Source: Azolla caroliniana (taxonomy: Eukaryota > Plantae > Polypodiophyta). Taken from it: a stretch of 64,000 nt of DNA. The notes beneath the pieces were generated by a model that searched no databases, was not told where the DNA came from, and worked only from the letters and a program-made list of their open reading frames with translations. Below, in pieces: positions 36,517-49,524 of the stretch (positions within the stretch are counted from its first letter, which is position 1; every line of letters starts with the position of its first letter). A program made the translations under genes and the position numbers. The stretch is taken from assembly GCA_043228905.1 (NCBI GenBank), contig JBHGNT010000009.1, forward strand, positions 11,842,001 through 11,906,000. Direction: 5' to 3'.

Positions 36517-39500
36517 CCGAGTCTGAAATACTAACACCGGCTTGCCGAATCCGAACATTTTCTCGTTCCCTTTTCGGTGTCGGTCGATGAACACTTTTCA
36601 TCGTCGTTGCTCGAGTTCCAACTGTAGAATGTTATTTATCCGATGTCCTTCTAATTCGCACAATGTCGCTAGTCGGATTTTTTCCGATTCCTTCTCACTT
36701 AACCTTTCTCGTACTTGAATCCACAAACTCAGAATTTGAAACTCTATCGGCATGACCGCTTCTAATCCGAAAGCTAACTGGAATGGTGTTGTCTAGATAC
36801 TTGTTTTGTACGCGGTTCGGTAACCCCACTGTGCACTCTATAGCTTCGTGTCCTAGTCAGTGCAGTTTTCATTGACTATTTTCCGAAGGATGTTTTGCAA
36901 GGTCTTGTTGGTGGATTCGGCTAATCCGTTGTCTTGCGGATAATAAGGTGTACTCCGCTTGTGTACGACCACATAAAACGTCGTCAAGCTCTCTACTACT
37001 TGACCGAGGAAATGTCCTCCTTGATCACTGATCACTTCTATCGGGCATCCATACCAGCACCAAATGTGCTCGTATAGGAACTTGGTCGTTGAGGCCGCGG
37101 TATTATCCCGGAGTGCCTTTGCTTCCACCCACTTGGGGCAGTAGTCTGTTGCTACAATGATATACTAGTTCCCGGTCCGCATTGCCGGAGGTTTGAAAGG
37201 TCCGACGAAGTCCAATCCTCATTTTTGAAACGGCTCCAGTGTTAACACCGGCGGGTGTGGCATCCTTGCTTGTTCTGTTGGTTGGCCCATCCATTGACAT
37301 AAGTCGCATTCGTTTGCATACCGAATCGAGTCCTTCAGTATTCTAGGCCACCACAATCCACTTCGCCATATCTTCCTTGCTGTTGCGTCTCCGGCATAAT
37401 GTCCTCCGACGACTCCACAATGAGCTTGCTGTAAAATTGTCTCCTTTTTGTCGCACCGAACCGCTCTTCGCCATAGACCGTCCGCTCCCTTGTGGTACAA
37501 CATATCCTACACTAAACAAAAAATGTCAGCTTTGTAACGCGTTGCTCTTTTGTTCGTCCCGATTCAGTTCTTCCGGGGGCAATCCGGTACTTAAAAACTG
37601 TTGCATATTAGTCAGCCATTTGTCCTCCTCGGCAACCGTCCCGTCCACTGTATTCTCCGTTGTTGCCCTAAACAGCTGCGCATCTGGGAGGTCGTCTTTG
37701 ACGCCGTCACCTGCCTCTCCGAATTCTAACTGGCTCAAGTAATCCGCTACCGCATGTTGTACTCCCGGTCTATGGTAAATCTCGAATTTGAACTCCTGTA
37801 GAAGCAGCGCAGCGTCCATCGTGCTAGTTTGCCGATTAGCGATGCCTTGGAGACCAAGTATAGTAATGCCGAATGATCCACGTGGAATGAGAATTTCCGT
37901 CCCAGCAAGTAGCGGCGGAACTTCATTAGGCTATATATCATTCCCAAGGCTTCCCTTTCTGTTGTTGAATAATTTTGCTCCACTTGGGAGAGCTTCCAAC
38001 TGGTGTAGTAAATCGACCGGTACCACTTCGGTTCGGTGAGCTGCATAAGAACACTGCTGATCGCAATATCATATGTGTCCACGAACACATGAAATTCCTT
38101 CAACCAATCCGGGGGTTGTACAACCGATGCCTGGGACAACATTATTTTGAGCCCATGGTATGCCTTTTCCTCCGGTTCTGTCCATTGGAAAGGTGTTTGG
38201 TGTATAACTGCGTGTAGTGTTGTGGCAAGATCGGCCAAGTATCGGAGCATCTGACTATGCCACCAGATTTGCCCTAAAAACTGGCTCAAAGCTTTGGCGG
38301 TTGTCTGTGCCAGTGCTTCCAAAATGGCTTTAACTTTATCCAGGTCCACCGCAATTCCGTTCTTACTCACAATATGGCCTAGTAACATGTCATTGGTTAC
38401 CCCGAATACGCATTTTGCCGGGTTCAGACTTAGCCGGTAACCTCTGCATTTCTCCAGGCATAACCGGAGATGGTCAAGAAGTTCTTCTTTCCTGTTGTAC
38501 ACTGCAAAGTCATCTAAGAACACCTGCATAAACACTGGAATAAATTACCCGAAAATTTCCATGATGATTCATTGGAACGTTGCCGGTGCCATCTTAGGTC
38601 CGAACATCATCATGACTGCTACAAAGACTCCCCATTCGGTGACGAATGTTTTTTTCTCCTGATCTTCTGGGTGCATCCTAATTTGGTTATATCCGATGAA
38701 TCCATCGAGGAAGCTATACAGCTCGTGGCCTGCTACCGCATCCAAGACTCCATCCGTGAATGGGAGCGGAAATGCATCGGTGACAGTGGCAACATTCAAT
38801 TTTCGGTAATCCACACAGACCCGGATCTTTCCATTCTTCTTCGGTGCCACCACAATTGGGCTTAGCCATGTGTTTGTCTTCACCGGCCGGATGAACCCAA
38901 CCCACAACAACTTGTCGATCTCCTCTTTTACTTTAGCTGCGTAATTCGGATTCATCCAGTAACGTCTCTGCGCTACCGGTTTCTCATCCTTGCTTAAATG
39001 AATCTGGTGCTGATATAATTGTGGGTCTAGACCCTGCATGTCTTCATATGACCACGCAAATACAACCTAGAATTCTTTTAATAATGTGCCCATTGCCGAT
39101 TTCTCCTCCAGTAGCATTTCTTTGGCCACATGCACTAGTCTTGTTTCTTCGTTGGTTCCCAAATTCACTTCTTCCAATTGTGATGCTTTCACCCGTTGTG
39201 ATACCACCATCTCCCGCTCTACAGCCTCTTGTGCTTGTCGTAGTTCCTAGATCACGTCCCTATCCGGATCCTCACCAGCATCCTCCGGTTGCACAATATA
39301 TGGGGAGACCGCCTCAGCCACGTCCACTTCGAACAGAGGGACTATCCTTGGGTTTTCATCAAGGTAGCGATCTACCTCCTCATTGGCAAGCCCTTCTAGC
39401 ATGTTCACACTTTCGGCATATAATGATGTTATTTCCTTGCCAGGGCCCGCTTAAGGGTGTGTGGGTACTCTTACCATAGTTTTCACCCTTCGGAACGTAA

Positions 39501-42469
39501 TGTTGTTCTTCTGCCAGTTCTGTTTGATGTGGGCAGTCCGTAACCATGGTCGTCCTAGCAACAATGGGTATGCTCCATGCACATTCAACTGGAGGACAAC
39601 GGCAGAAATTCGGAAGGCATGGCCTTCGATTATCACCTCCAAATCCTGGATCAATCCGGCCGGTCGTACTAAACCGGTGTTCGCCATCCGGAGCCAAAAC
39701 GGGCATGGTTCCCATTCTTGGATTCCAAGAGTGTTGCATGTTCAGAGGCTTATTGCGTTTACTCCCGATCCGCCATCGACGATCATCCCCGGTACTTCTT
39801 GTCCTTTAATAATGGTGGTGATTGCGGGACTACTAGTATCCACCACTGCCAGCTCTTCCTACGGATTTGAAAAGAACGTCGGAGCTAGTATGGGGCTTGG
39901 TGGGGTCCATGCCGATTTTAAACCATCGGTGAATCGGGGCACCAATTGCAGTAACCGACCTAGTGGTAGCATGATCTGGCATTCATGTAATGCATGTCAT
40001 GTGGGGTTCTCCTGTTGCGTCGTCTCTGTAGGTTCCTCCAATGCGTTCCTTTGCTCCTTCAGTTTCGTGACATTCCGTTCATTTGTCTTTTCAATCCATT
40101 CCGTAGCTTGTTTGCGGATAACTTCTGGAGCCTCCCATTCAGCCATCTTTCCCTTTGATCTAGTGGTGACTTATTGGATGTCCGCCACTTCCACAACCAC
40201 CATGTTGACTTCCGTTCATTTTTCGTTACTCTTTACCAGACATTGGTTGTTGTAGTCTCCCTCCTGGTGGCAATAGTAGGAATACGCCCTCCATGTATTG
40301 CTAGACTCTACTTTTCACATGCTACCCGGTTGAAATCCAGATATTGCCCAGTTAGGCTCCTCTGCTCTTCTTTGTTCCGTTTGAATGCTAGTTATGCTTC
40401 TATCCGGCTCTCCTTGGTAATCCTTTGCCAGTTCCCGACGATCCTCATTCCGAGCGTTCCATTTTTTATTATAGCGTCAGTTGTTCCGGTATCCTTGCCG
40501 GCGCCGGTCTTCATAGTCTCCCCGTTGATCCTCTCTTCTCTGATTATAGTCAGGGGAGTAATCCCGATTATATTGGTTGCCATTATAGTCACGGCTTCTC
40601 TCGCTCCGGTCCTCATCATAATCGTCCCGTCGGTCACTGAATCGGACGTCTTGTACCGGTCGGTAGAGATCATCTCGCCGAAATCGTTCTTCTTTGTCTT
40701 CCCGGTTGTTCCGAGTCTCGATGTGCCGGACTGGTGTAGCTTGCTGATTCCGCAAGTTGTACTCGCAACGGTCCATTGTGTGTGACCGGGAATGGCATAA
40801 CATGCACTGCAATCTCATCATGCACTCTATTGTTGAGTGCTCGGGGTTAAGGCACGTCGTGCATTGGACCGCCTAGCGAAAACATAGGTCCTCTTCGGTA
40901 GGGAGTGTTCTTTGGAGTGCTCCCATCGTCAACCACGAACTAGTTTTGTCCATTTCCATCAGCCAGTCAATGACCTAGTCTATTGTGCTGGTCCGAAAAT
41001 CTATGACCGCACACACGGTTCAGAGAGGCTCCCGGAGCACTGCCAAAAATACCTCTTTCGCTTCTGCTTCTGGCGGTGCTTTGGTGAGTTGACTATGCAT
41101 CGTTTGAAACCGAATAACGAACTGCTGAATGGTTTCGGAGGGATCTTGCCATGTCGTATAAAATTGGTCGACAATCTCTCTTTGATCCACCTGTCTTTGG
41201 AAGAAACGTAGAAATCTAGTCTTTAAATCCTCAAATGTGGCGATGCTACCGGGGAGGTGCTTGGAGTGCCAACGTGCCACGGGTCCCTCCAAAGTCATGC
41301 CGAATTCCGCAATTTTTGATCGTTCTACCTCTGCTTCGTTCAGTCGTTGGGAGACATGATTCGCCTCCCAAGTTTGGAGAAACGCATATACATGGGCTTC
41401 CGCGTCCGGGTCATCCCGATACTTCGGATATTGGTAATGCATTGTGTCATCATCTTCTTGTGCTGCCAAGGCCGGTGCTAGAACTCGCTCCTCCTGTTCT
41501 GTCGGTGACTCAGGTTGTGGTATCGAAACTCGCTCCTCCTCTTGGTGGTCCGTGCCGGTCGTTTTGTTCGGAGCTTCCAGTTTTGTTGTTTTCGGCTCCG
41601 ATGTTGGTATGTGGTCCGACTCGTCGTCTTCCAAGTTGTCTAGGGTATCGTGGTTACTACGATAATTCGATTGGACGTTGTATTCACCATCCAAATCCAA
41701 TTCGATGGCGGAAAACGCTTCCGAACCATCATCTCTTGCGGCAAGGGTCTGCAGAATGGACTCCGCTTCCTACAGACTGCACAGACTACTTCCTTCGTCT
41801 GGGTGGTGGTTCTGTTGCAATCGAAGTGACTCCTCCACGACTCGCGGAATCACTTTGGAAAAAAACCGATCCAACCAGATCTCCTCCATCGCTTGTTAGT
41901 AAACCTCCCGCTTCCACAGTCTCTCGGCGAGTCGCTTCGCTTGCTTGGCCATTGGGTCGTTCGTCAGTCTATTCATCCATTCCCCCACTATTCAGTGTGC
42001 TTTTTGCAGGAATCGTGGTCGCCAAAACTGTGTTGTACGTGGGCTAGCAAAGCCACTAACACAGGGCATCCCTTTGGAACACTTCACCAAAGGGGTGGTA
42101 TGGTAAGGAATGTGCAAACCATAATACAGAACCGATCCTTCTCGATTACTATCCGGAATGATTAACTTGATACACACATATGATAATCACATTAAGCATA
42201 GAATAGCATTAACAAGATAAACAATATGCAAACCCACAACACTTCTCTATTAAATATCCATTGTTAATTACATCGTCTCCGGATCCTTTTATAGGTATCC
42301 AGTTGTGTTACAAACCGGTGCCAACCAGCAACCGGCTATGAACCGGTCTAGATCTAGATCGGCATACCGATTCCAGGTCGTTCCTTCCGATCTTATCATT
42401 ATCATAATTGATCTAATTACAACTCCCAAAATCGGCTCCCCATTCATACTCTGGCCTAACCGGCCAACA
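36517..42469 (-). mobile_element. Non-chromovirus (Athila/Tat-like) Ty3/gypsy, 5' LTR through integrase, degenerate
   Basis: LTR 42031-42469 (TGTTG..CAACA) with PBS TGGCGACCAC (tRNA-Arg-like) at 42015-42024. Gag 41020..41700 plus CCHC knuckles, PR IVDGGSGVN, RT FLDGFIGYNQI/FLDD, RH, and IN HCG..GGH/CDLC. Confidence 0.88.
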
Positions 42470-42975
42470 ACCTACCTCTGAATAGACTCAGTGTCTATGG
42501 ACAGAAAACGGGACTAACTGACTCTGCCCATAGGAGTGAAGGGGGAGTTTTTTAGGATTTTTTCCCTCCTAAGGGAGAGGTCGACTAGCCGACTAGGAAA
42601 AGTTAGGAGTCAAATGGATTCGACTGGTCGCGCCAACAGGATGGTCGATCAGATCGACCAACGAGTCGACGTGGAGAGTCAACAATATTGGATAGATTCA
42701 ATTCAAGGCAAAGACAAGACCGACTAGTCGGGCCGACCAGATGGTCAAAGACAAGGCCGACAAGTCAGGCCGACTCGATAACTGACATAAGAGTCAGCTA
42801 GTCTAATCGACTAGTTGATTAGTCGGCTAATTGACTATTCTTAGATAATGATAATAATAACTTACCTCCTATCTATAAATATGTAAAGCTAGGGCAAACT
42901 CAATATACATGAACATAACATAACGAAGGTGGATATAGAGAGAGTGTGAGTGAAAGAGAGAGAGAAAGAGAGATA
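42470..42975 (+). mobile_element. Copia 3' end, PPT and first part of an LTR
   Basis: GAGTGAAGGGGGAG PPT at ~42534-42547 (same as at 46904), TATA-like CTATAAAT and a GA-rich tract. Confidence 0.65.
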
Positions 42976-44763
42976 GATTATATTATCGTCTTCGGAGGTC
43001 AAATATGACCTATGAGACCAAAAATATTACATTTCACGTGATACGTGTGAAAGTGAGTAGTGACTCTTGATGTTTAAGAAATTTACCAATGAATGTTGCA
43101 ATCCAGAGTGCACATTGTGGTTGTGAGAGGAATTCATGCAAGGATTGGGCTCGGTCGAAGAGATGTAGAAAGCATGGTCGAATATGATAAAAGGCAGAGC
43201 ATTGTATAAAAGTGTGATACTCAGACTCGCGAACTTATTTAGGGCAAAGTGTGCATAGCCGACCACGCTCGTCACTTGTGCCCCAACGCCCTGTCTCACA
43301 TCGCAATGCATGTGAGCTAAGTCGAATGGAAGCAATGGTTCGAATGGTAGATAACTGTATGGGCTCTAACATGTATCGATGTGTACGATTTCCCCGTTCC
43401 GCAAAGAATATGGTTTTGTAGTTTGGTGCAACATGTGTAGTATAATTTGTGAAGCGTGAGCCTCCACATTTGTCCCATGTCATGATACATTGGTGTTGCA
43501 AAAAAGCCTCATTTATAGAGGAATCTAATGATGCATCATGAAGCAAGTGTCTCGCATCCCATCTACCAAACCATTTTTCTATATCTTGCATCGAACCGGA
43601 ACACAAAATTTTGCTTTTCTGCATCTTTTAGATCTTTTTGCTTGCTTCCCATGCAATTCTAGGAAGTTGATGTGAGGGACTTTTTTGAAACTTAAGCATG
43701 TATTCAATAACCCTTTCCATGGCCATGATCTCAATGCGAAGTGATCCCGTCTCAAGGAGGAGGAGGGTGTAGGGCGTTTGTTTCTTAGCTTGTAGAAACT
43801 TTGTAAGAAAATGTTTTTGGACATTTTCAAAGTCTTTCCGCATAGATTTAGGGATGCTACCACCCCATACTTCCACCCCATAGAGAAGAACTGGTGTCAC
43901 CAAAGTGTCGAAAAGATATTTCTTGAGGACCCAACACTTAATATCCCCAAGATTGCATGTGTTCTCAAATGCATAGTATGCTCGCTTACTCGCCTCTAAG
44001 CGGCATGTAGCACATTCATTCCATCTATGATTTGAACTTCAAGGCCAAGATATTTGAAGCTTTCGACACATTCAAGTGACTCATTGTTGTACATAATGCA
44101 TGGTTTATCTCTTTTTTGGCTCTTCACAAGCATAATCTTTGTTTTAGAGCTATTGACACTTAATTTAGTATGCATGCAAAATTGTTCCAATTCCTTCATA
44201 AGCTTTTGTGCATCTCCTAAAGTATTTGCAAAAAGCACTACATCATCTGCATATAGCAAAAGCATAATCACAACATTACCAATGACAACTTCTTTAACAC
44301 ATTCTTCCTTTGCAAACTTGGTAACCATTTCTTCCAATTCATCAATGCATAGACCAAATAGTGTTGGTGAGAGTGGGCATCATTGCTTAACACCAATAAT
44401 GCTTTTGAAAAAATCTGAAAGTTTATCTCTCATGCGCACACAACATATAACCTTCTCATAAATTCGGGAAATTGCGAGCATATATTCACTTGGCACCTCA
44501 AGTTCTTCCATTCGCCTCCAAAGATGCTCACGAGGTACCATATCAAAAGCTTTCTTGAAGTCTACAAAGCAACAATATAAACCTTTACCTCTAAGGTGAA
44601 TTTCCTCAATTAATACTCGAAGGGCGACAAGGTGATCAATGGTGCTATGCTGTTTTCGAAAGCCAACTTATCCATAAGCTCTCTTACTATTTTTTTCAGC
44701 CCATACACTTATCTTTGATTCCATTATACATCCAAATAGTTTTGCCATTAATGAGCCAATCAT

Positions 44764-44767
<4 letters not shown>
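42976..44767 (-). mobile_element. 5'-truncated LINE (RT plus C-terminal Zn finger; RTEX/L2-like by motif)
   Basis: FVDFKKAFD, LSPTLFG, YADD, FKYLG, PVLLYGVEVWG and IRLSSHALRCETGRW..RLCTLC..ESEYH...C. Confidence 0.85.

Positions 44768-44830
<63 letters not shown>
44768..44830. repeat. (GT)n(GA)n compound microsatellite
   Basis: Directly visible in the sequence. Confidence 0.95.
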
Positions 44831-44833
<3 letters not shown>

Positions 44834-47360
44834 TGGCACAGTCATTGTGGAACTGGCCAAGAACCCTAAGTGGGTATTCTCTAAGTTTTAGAGAATTTGT
44901 AATATGTTTTTCCTCCCTTGTATTCTCTATTTATATAGTGGAATATCTATTCTCGTTGTTTTCCCTTGTTTTAGGGTTTCCACGTAAACTATGTATACTG
45001 TGTATTTTTTTGTGTATTCATTGTTCTATTGTTTCCACGAGGTGCATTTAAGCATATCCTTCTGAAGATCTATGGTTCCTGCCCTATCAGAAGACGGGTT
45101 CATCCTCCAAGCCGGCCGAAAGTCGGATGTTAGCTGAAGGACACAATGGCCCAGCTAGATCCGGACAGCGAGCCGGATCAACCAGAGGACATTCATAGGA
45201 CAAATCCGGACCATCCAGAATAGAGCCGGTCGGATCCGGATAGGGATCTGAATCGGTCGTAATGCATCCAATCGGACCTAGACGGGGAGCCAAATTGGAT
45301 GGATCCGGACAAGAGACCGAATCTCGAGCCGGATTGGCCGAAAGGCATCTGCCCGAATCCGTGGAAGTAGCCGGATCGGATTCAAATGAGAAGTCAACTG
45401 AAAAAGATGGTGTTGAGCTAGTCGATGAAAACCAAGGCAGGAGATACCCCCTAAGGATTCAAGGGACCCCCGAAAATTTCCAAAAGAAGAATATGCTCTC
45501 ATAACCAATGAGGGGGAGCCTGAAAGCTTCGAGGAAGCTAAGGAAGATGCCTACATCAAAGAGTGGTTACATGCCATGCAAGATGAGATGAATTCCTTGC
45601 ATGAGAACCACACGCACGAGTTGACCGAGTTGCTGAAAAGTAAGATGGCACTATGGAACAAGTGGGTCTACAAATTGAAGCTGGGAGAAGGCGGAAGTCC
45701 ACCCAGATTCAAAGCTCGCATTGTGGTGAAGGGTTTTCAATAGAAGAAGGGTGTGGATTTCAACGAAATATTTGCCCCGATCGTGAAGACGACATCCATA
45801 CGGACAGTGCTGAGCATTGCAGCTAGCATGGACTTAGAAGTCAAACAACTGGATTTCAAAACAACTTTCCTCAATTAGCATCAGTAGGAAGGATTCTTAG
45901 ACGAAGGAAAGGAAAACCTGGTATGCCAGTTGAGGAAGAGCTTGTATGGATTGAACCAAACACCCTTGCAATGGTACCGGAAATTCAAGTCTTTCATGAT
46001 AGATCATGGCTTCAACAAATCACTGTGTTTTTGTGAAGAAATATGATGGAGGAGACTTTCTCATCATCTTGTTGTATGTTGATGACATGTTGATTGTTGA
46101 ACAGGACCTATGAAAATCGGAAGCGTGAAGAAGTCCTTAAGCAACTGGTTGATTGTTGATTGTTGATGACATGTTGATTGTTGATGCAGATACCAACTGG
46201 TCCACGTCTAGATACGTGATGACATATGTAGGGGGAGTCGGCTCATGGTAGTCGAGGTTGTAGAAGGTTGTGGCTCTATTGACCACAAAAGCGGATTATA
46301 TGGACCATAGTATGAACCATACGTGCATTCGCATTTGTGAATGGTTCAATCATTCGCGAAAGAAAAACACCCACAAAGAATGATAAATACCATACTTTTG
46401 GATTAACTATTTATTATGAGGTAGATAAGCCTAAAAATGGAAAAAAAAACAATAAAAACATTAAAAAATGGGAAAAAAACAAAAAAAAAACACAAGAATG
46501 TTTGAATAACATTCGCATTCGTTTTCCAACGTAGGAAAACGAATGTTATACTAGACGAACACAAGTTTTACGTACTATGATATGGACGTTGTCGAAGCTA
46601 GCAAGGAAATCGTATGGATGAGGGATTTTATCAGTGACTTGGGAATGCGGCAAGAACAATTCTAACTACACTATGACAATCAAAGTGTCACCTACCTTGT
46701 TAAGAATGATGCCTACCACTCCAGCATTAAGCATATCCAGAGGAGATATCATTGGCTTAGAGAGAGGGTAGAAGAAAGGGACTTTATCCTAGTGAAGGTC
46801 CACACAAACGATAACGGATCAGACATGTTGACGAAGGTGTTGTCAATGGACAAGATGAGTGCATGCAGACAGAGAAAATGCCTGCTGAATTACCCCATCC
46901 TAGAGTGAAGGGGGAGTTTGTTGCGATAATCGGCCCCTCCGGATGGGATGAGTTAGAGGGCTGAATCGGATGAAGGCCAGCAAAGAGCCGAAGCCGATTT
47001 GGCTGTAGCCGATTAGAGGCTATATTTGTAAATAGACCATACTACATATGAGTATAAATACACCTAGGGCAATCATTATGGAGTGTAGAATCACATAGAA
47101 CTGTGTTCTAATCATTGTGTAGAGAGTGAGAGAGTGGGTAACCGACTTTAAGACGAAGACGAGCTCAAGGTTGGGTTGTTACCTTAGAGTCTCTTGTGTA
47201 TTCATCCTCATAGTGATTCTGTTTGGAATTCGTGGACGCCCGTGGTTTTTCCCATTCGGGGTTTTCCATGTTAATATCTCGTGTCACTATGTCTGTGCAT
47301 TTTCTAGTTTTTCAGTTGCTTAAGTTATTGTCTTTTCTCATTTGTGTCGATCCCATATAT
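44831..47360 (+). mobile_element. Copia LTR remainder, degenerate RT-RH and 3' LTR
   Basis: LTR motif GGGTTTCCACGT at ~44974, RT NKWVYKLK/YVDDML and RH HSSIKHIQRRYHW. PPT at 46904-46916; LTR from 46919 (right end approximate). Confidence 0.8.
46306..46579. mobile_element. hAT-type MITE inserted in the copia RNaseH
   Basis: 8-bp TSD ATATGGAC at 46298-46305 and 46580-46587, with termini CATAGTA...TACTATG. Confidence 0.8.
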
Positions 47361-47399
47361 ATAGCATATATGATGTCCACTAGCCACCAGTGAGCCTTG

Positions 47400-48800
47400 C
47401 GTGACAATTTTGAGAAGACGCTTGTATGGGACCAATTTGCATTGGCATCCAAATTACATTTCCGTTGGATGAAATCTAGCGTCATCTTGTGTATTGAAAG
47501 GGATTTGGAATGTATGGGATGACAAGGATCATAGCTAGAAAAGGCTCTATTTTTTTACACTTGGGGTATCCATTGGGAATGAATGTTACAAATAGGCTAA
47601 TTGATTGAATGGATTTTTAGCGAGTTAAGAGATATTTCACGTATGCTTGAAAGTTCTACACTATATTATGGAACCCATTATATTATATTATTTGCCATTA
47701 TTGTCATGGACAAAGAAGGCTTTGCATTCTATTTTACAACCTCTTCGATATTTGTTGTGGAGAAACAATGATAAGAAGGGAATCACATGGGTTACGTGGA
47801 ACCATCTCGCAATCCCTAAGGGCTTGGGAGGAGTTGCAATATCAAACTTATCTATGCATATGATGCTCGTAGATTTTGATTATTGCAAGAAATGTGTTTA
47901 GGCTCACATTTGTGGATATCTATTGTTTAATATTTCATTGAGAATGAGTGTAACACATGAAAGAACAACGGCTAAAGCTTCATAGTGGCAACTATTGAAT
48001 GGGTGTATTCCACTAAGTATTCCTCGTTGTTTATGTGTTCAACACTTGGTTGTCTCATGGCATTAATCACTCTCATTATTTGTATCGAAACCATCATCTA
48101 GTAGAGATCATTGCAATTCTTTACAAACATCATTACCTGTATCTTCTCGATTATTATGTTGGCTTGGAAAGGAGATATAGTTGGGGCTTGATATCAAATA
48201 ATTTGGAACATGATGAAGCCCGGCAATTACTATGCATCCCGCCTTGATGCAAGATCCTTTACCTCTACAAACAAAGAGCCAACGTGGGTCACTTGGTGTT
48301 TAAGGGGTTCAACACCATTTTTAGAAGTGACTCATAATATCTTGTATCATTGCTCTATTGAGTCTTTCTAATGGTTATCCCCTAAGGTTGAACAATAATG
48401 GAGAAAACAAATTATGAATTGTGGCAGATCTGAAAATGTAGTTGGCATTCTTCATTGCCACTTGTAGAAAAGCTCTTCATTTGAAGGTGTAAACCTTTGG
48501 GATTCCCTCTAAGCAATGTGGATTATTAGCAAGGGGCAATTACTTCTTTTGCATCATCCGACAGGAAGCTAGTACTCATCATTTCATACAATGTGTGGTT
48601 GCTTATCGGATTTATAGTTACATTTCTTAAATTTGGCAAGTTTTGTCACAGTGTTATTTGATGCCAAGACAATGGGTGGTTTGCAGAAGTCACAAAAAGG
48701 TTGACCAAACATTCGAGATGAAGATCGTTTTTCTATCTTTGAGAAAACTGGGGATTGCTTCATAATTAGGGTATGCCCAATGCTTATGTGTTTGATGGTA
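47400..48800 (+). pseudogene. Highly degenerate L1-type LINE ORF2 3' region
   Basis: LLWRNNDKKGITWVTWNHLAIPKGLGGVAI resembles the L1 W..i..PK..GGLG motif; many stops. Confidence 0.5.
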
Positions 48801-49090
48801 TGCATGGAGTCAATGCATACCTAAGAAAGTTAAAAGGGTACCAATGTTACGATTTTCTTTATTGGAGCACGTGGAAATTCTTTCTTTGGTGGAGTGTTCG
48901 TCTTGCCTATTGGCAATTCAACAAGTTCCACTACCCGTGTAGTGTCATGTAGTGGTGAGCATACATACTCCACTCCATTGTGGCACCCATTGTAAGTATG
49001 TATGTATGTAGTGTTTTTCACACGAACATTAATTATTAAATATAATTGGGTGTGTTTTCACCGAGAGACAGAGAGAGAAAGAGAGAAGGA

Positions 49091-49275
49091 GGAGGATGTA
49101 GCTCAGTTGGTAAGGTTGCCCAATGGAGACCAGGTGGTCATGGGTTCAACCTACATTCCACGGTGGCATCTAGAGAATTAAGAGTATATGAAGTATATAG
49201 AGAGAGGTGAGGAAACTAGGTTTCGAACCCATAACGCAATACTTATAGTGTTAACAACTTACCACTAGGGTAAAG
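49091..49275. repeat. Two convergent tRNA-derived (SINE-like) heads
   Basis: Plus strand: A box TAGCTCAGTTGG (49099) and B-like GGTTCAACC (49143). Minus strand: CCCTAGTGGTAA...GGTTCGAAACC (49219-49273). Confidence 0.55.
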
Positions 49276-49524
49276 TAATTACAAGAAAGATAAAAAGGAG
49301 GAGGAGGTCATTCTTGTAGTTTCCAAACTTTCTTCCGTATTTTTTTATTTTTTATTTGTTTTGTGGGGACTGTGACTGCCTTTTGGGGCGGAGGTCGTTG
49401 CTGTTTCTTTTTTCTTTTTGCTGCACATGGAATCAATCTGTTTAACCCCTCTGTCTGTCTTTGTAGCTTGCTAGATCTCTTCTTGTCGATCGGTCGGTCG
49501 ATCTATCTGTTTGTCTTTACAGAT

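Noticed and set aside
39461-42047. Long plus-strand ORFs (39461..40255, 40174..40785, 41235..42047) as genes
   Set aside because: They are antisense shadows of gypsy gag/PR on the minus strand, with no recognisable motifs.
46516-46554. Helitron 3' end (hairpin + CTAG)
   Set aside because: The CTAG is not followed by T, and the segment sits inside an insert bounded by TIRs and an 8-bp TSD, so hAT-like fits better.
49091-49165. Functional tRNA gene
   Set aside because: The A box is good, but the anticodon arm, T arm and acceptor stem do not pair properly; treated as tRNA-derived.
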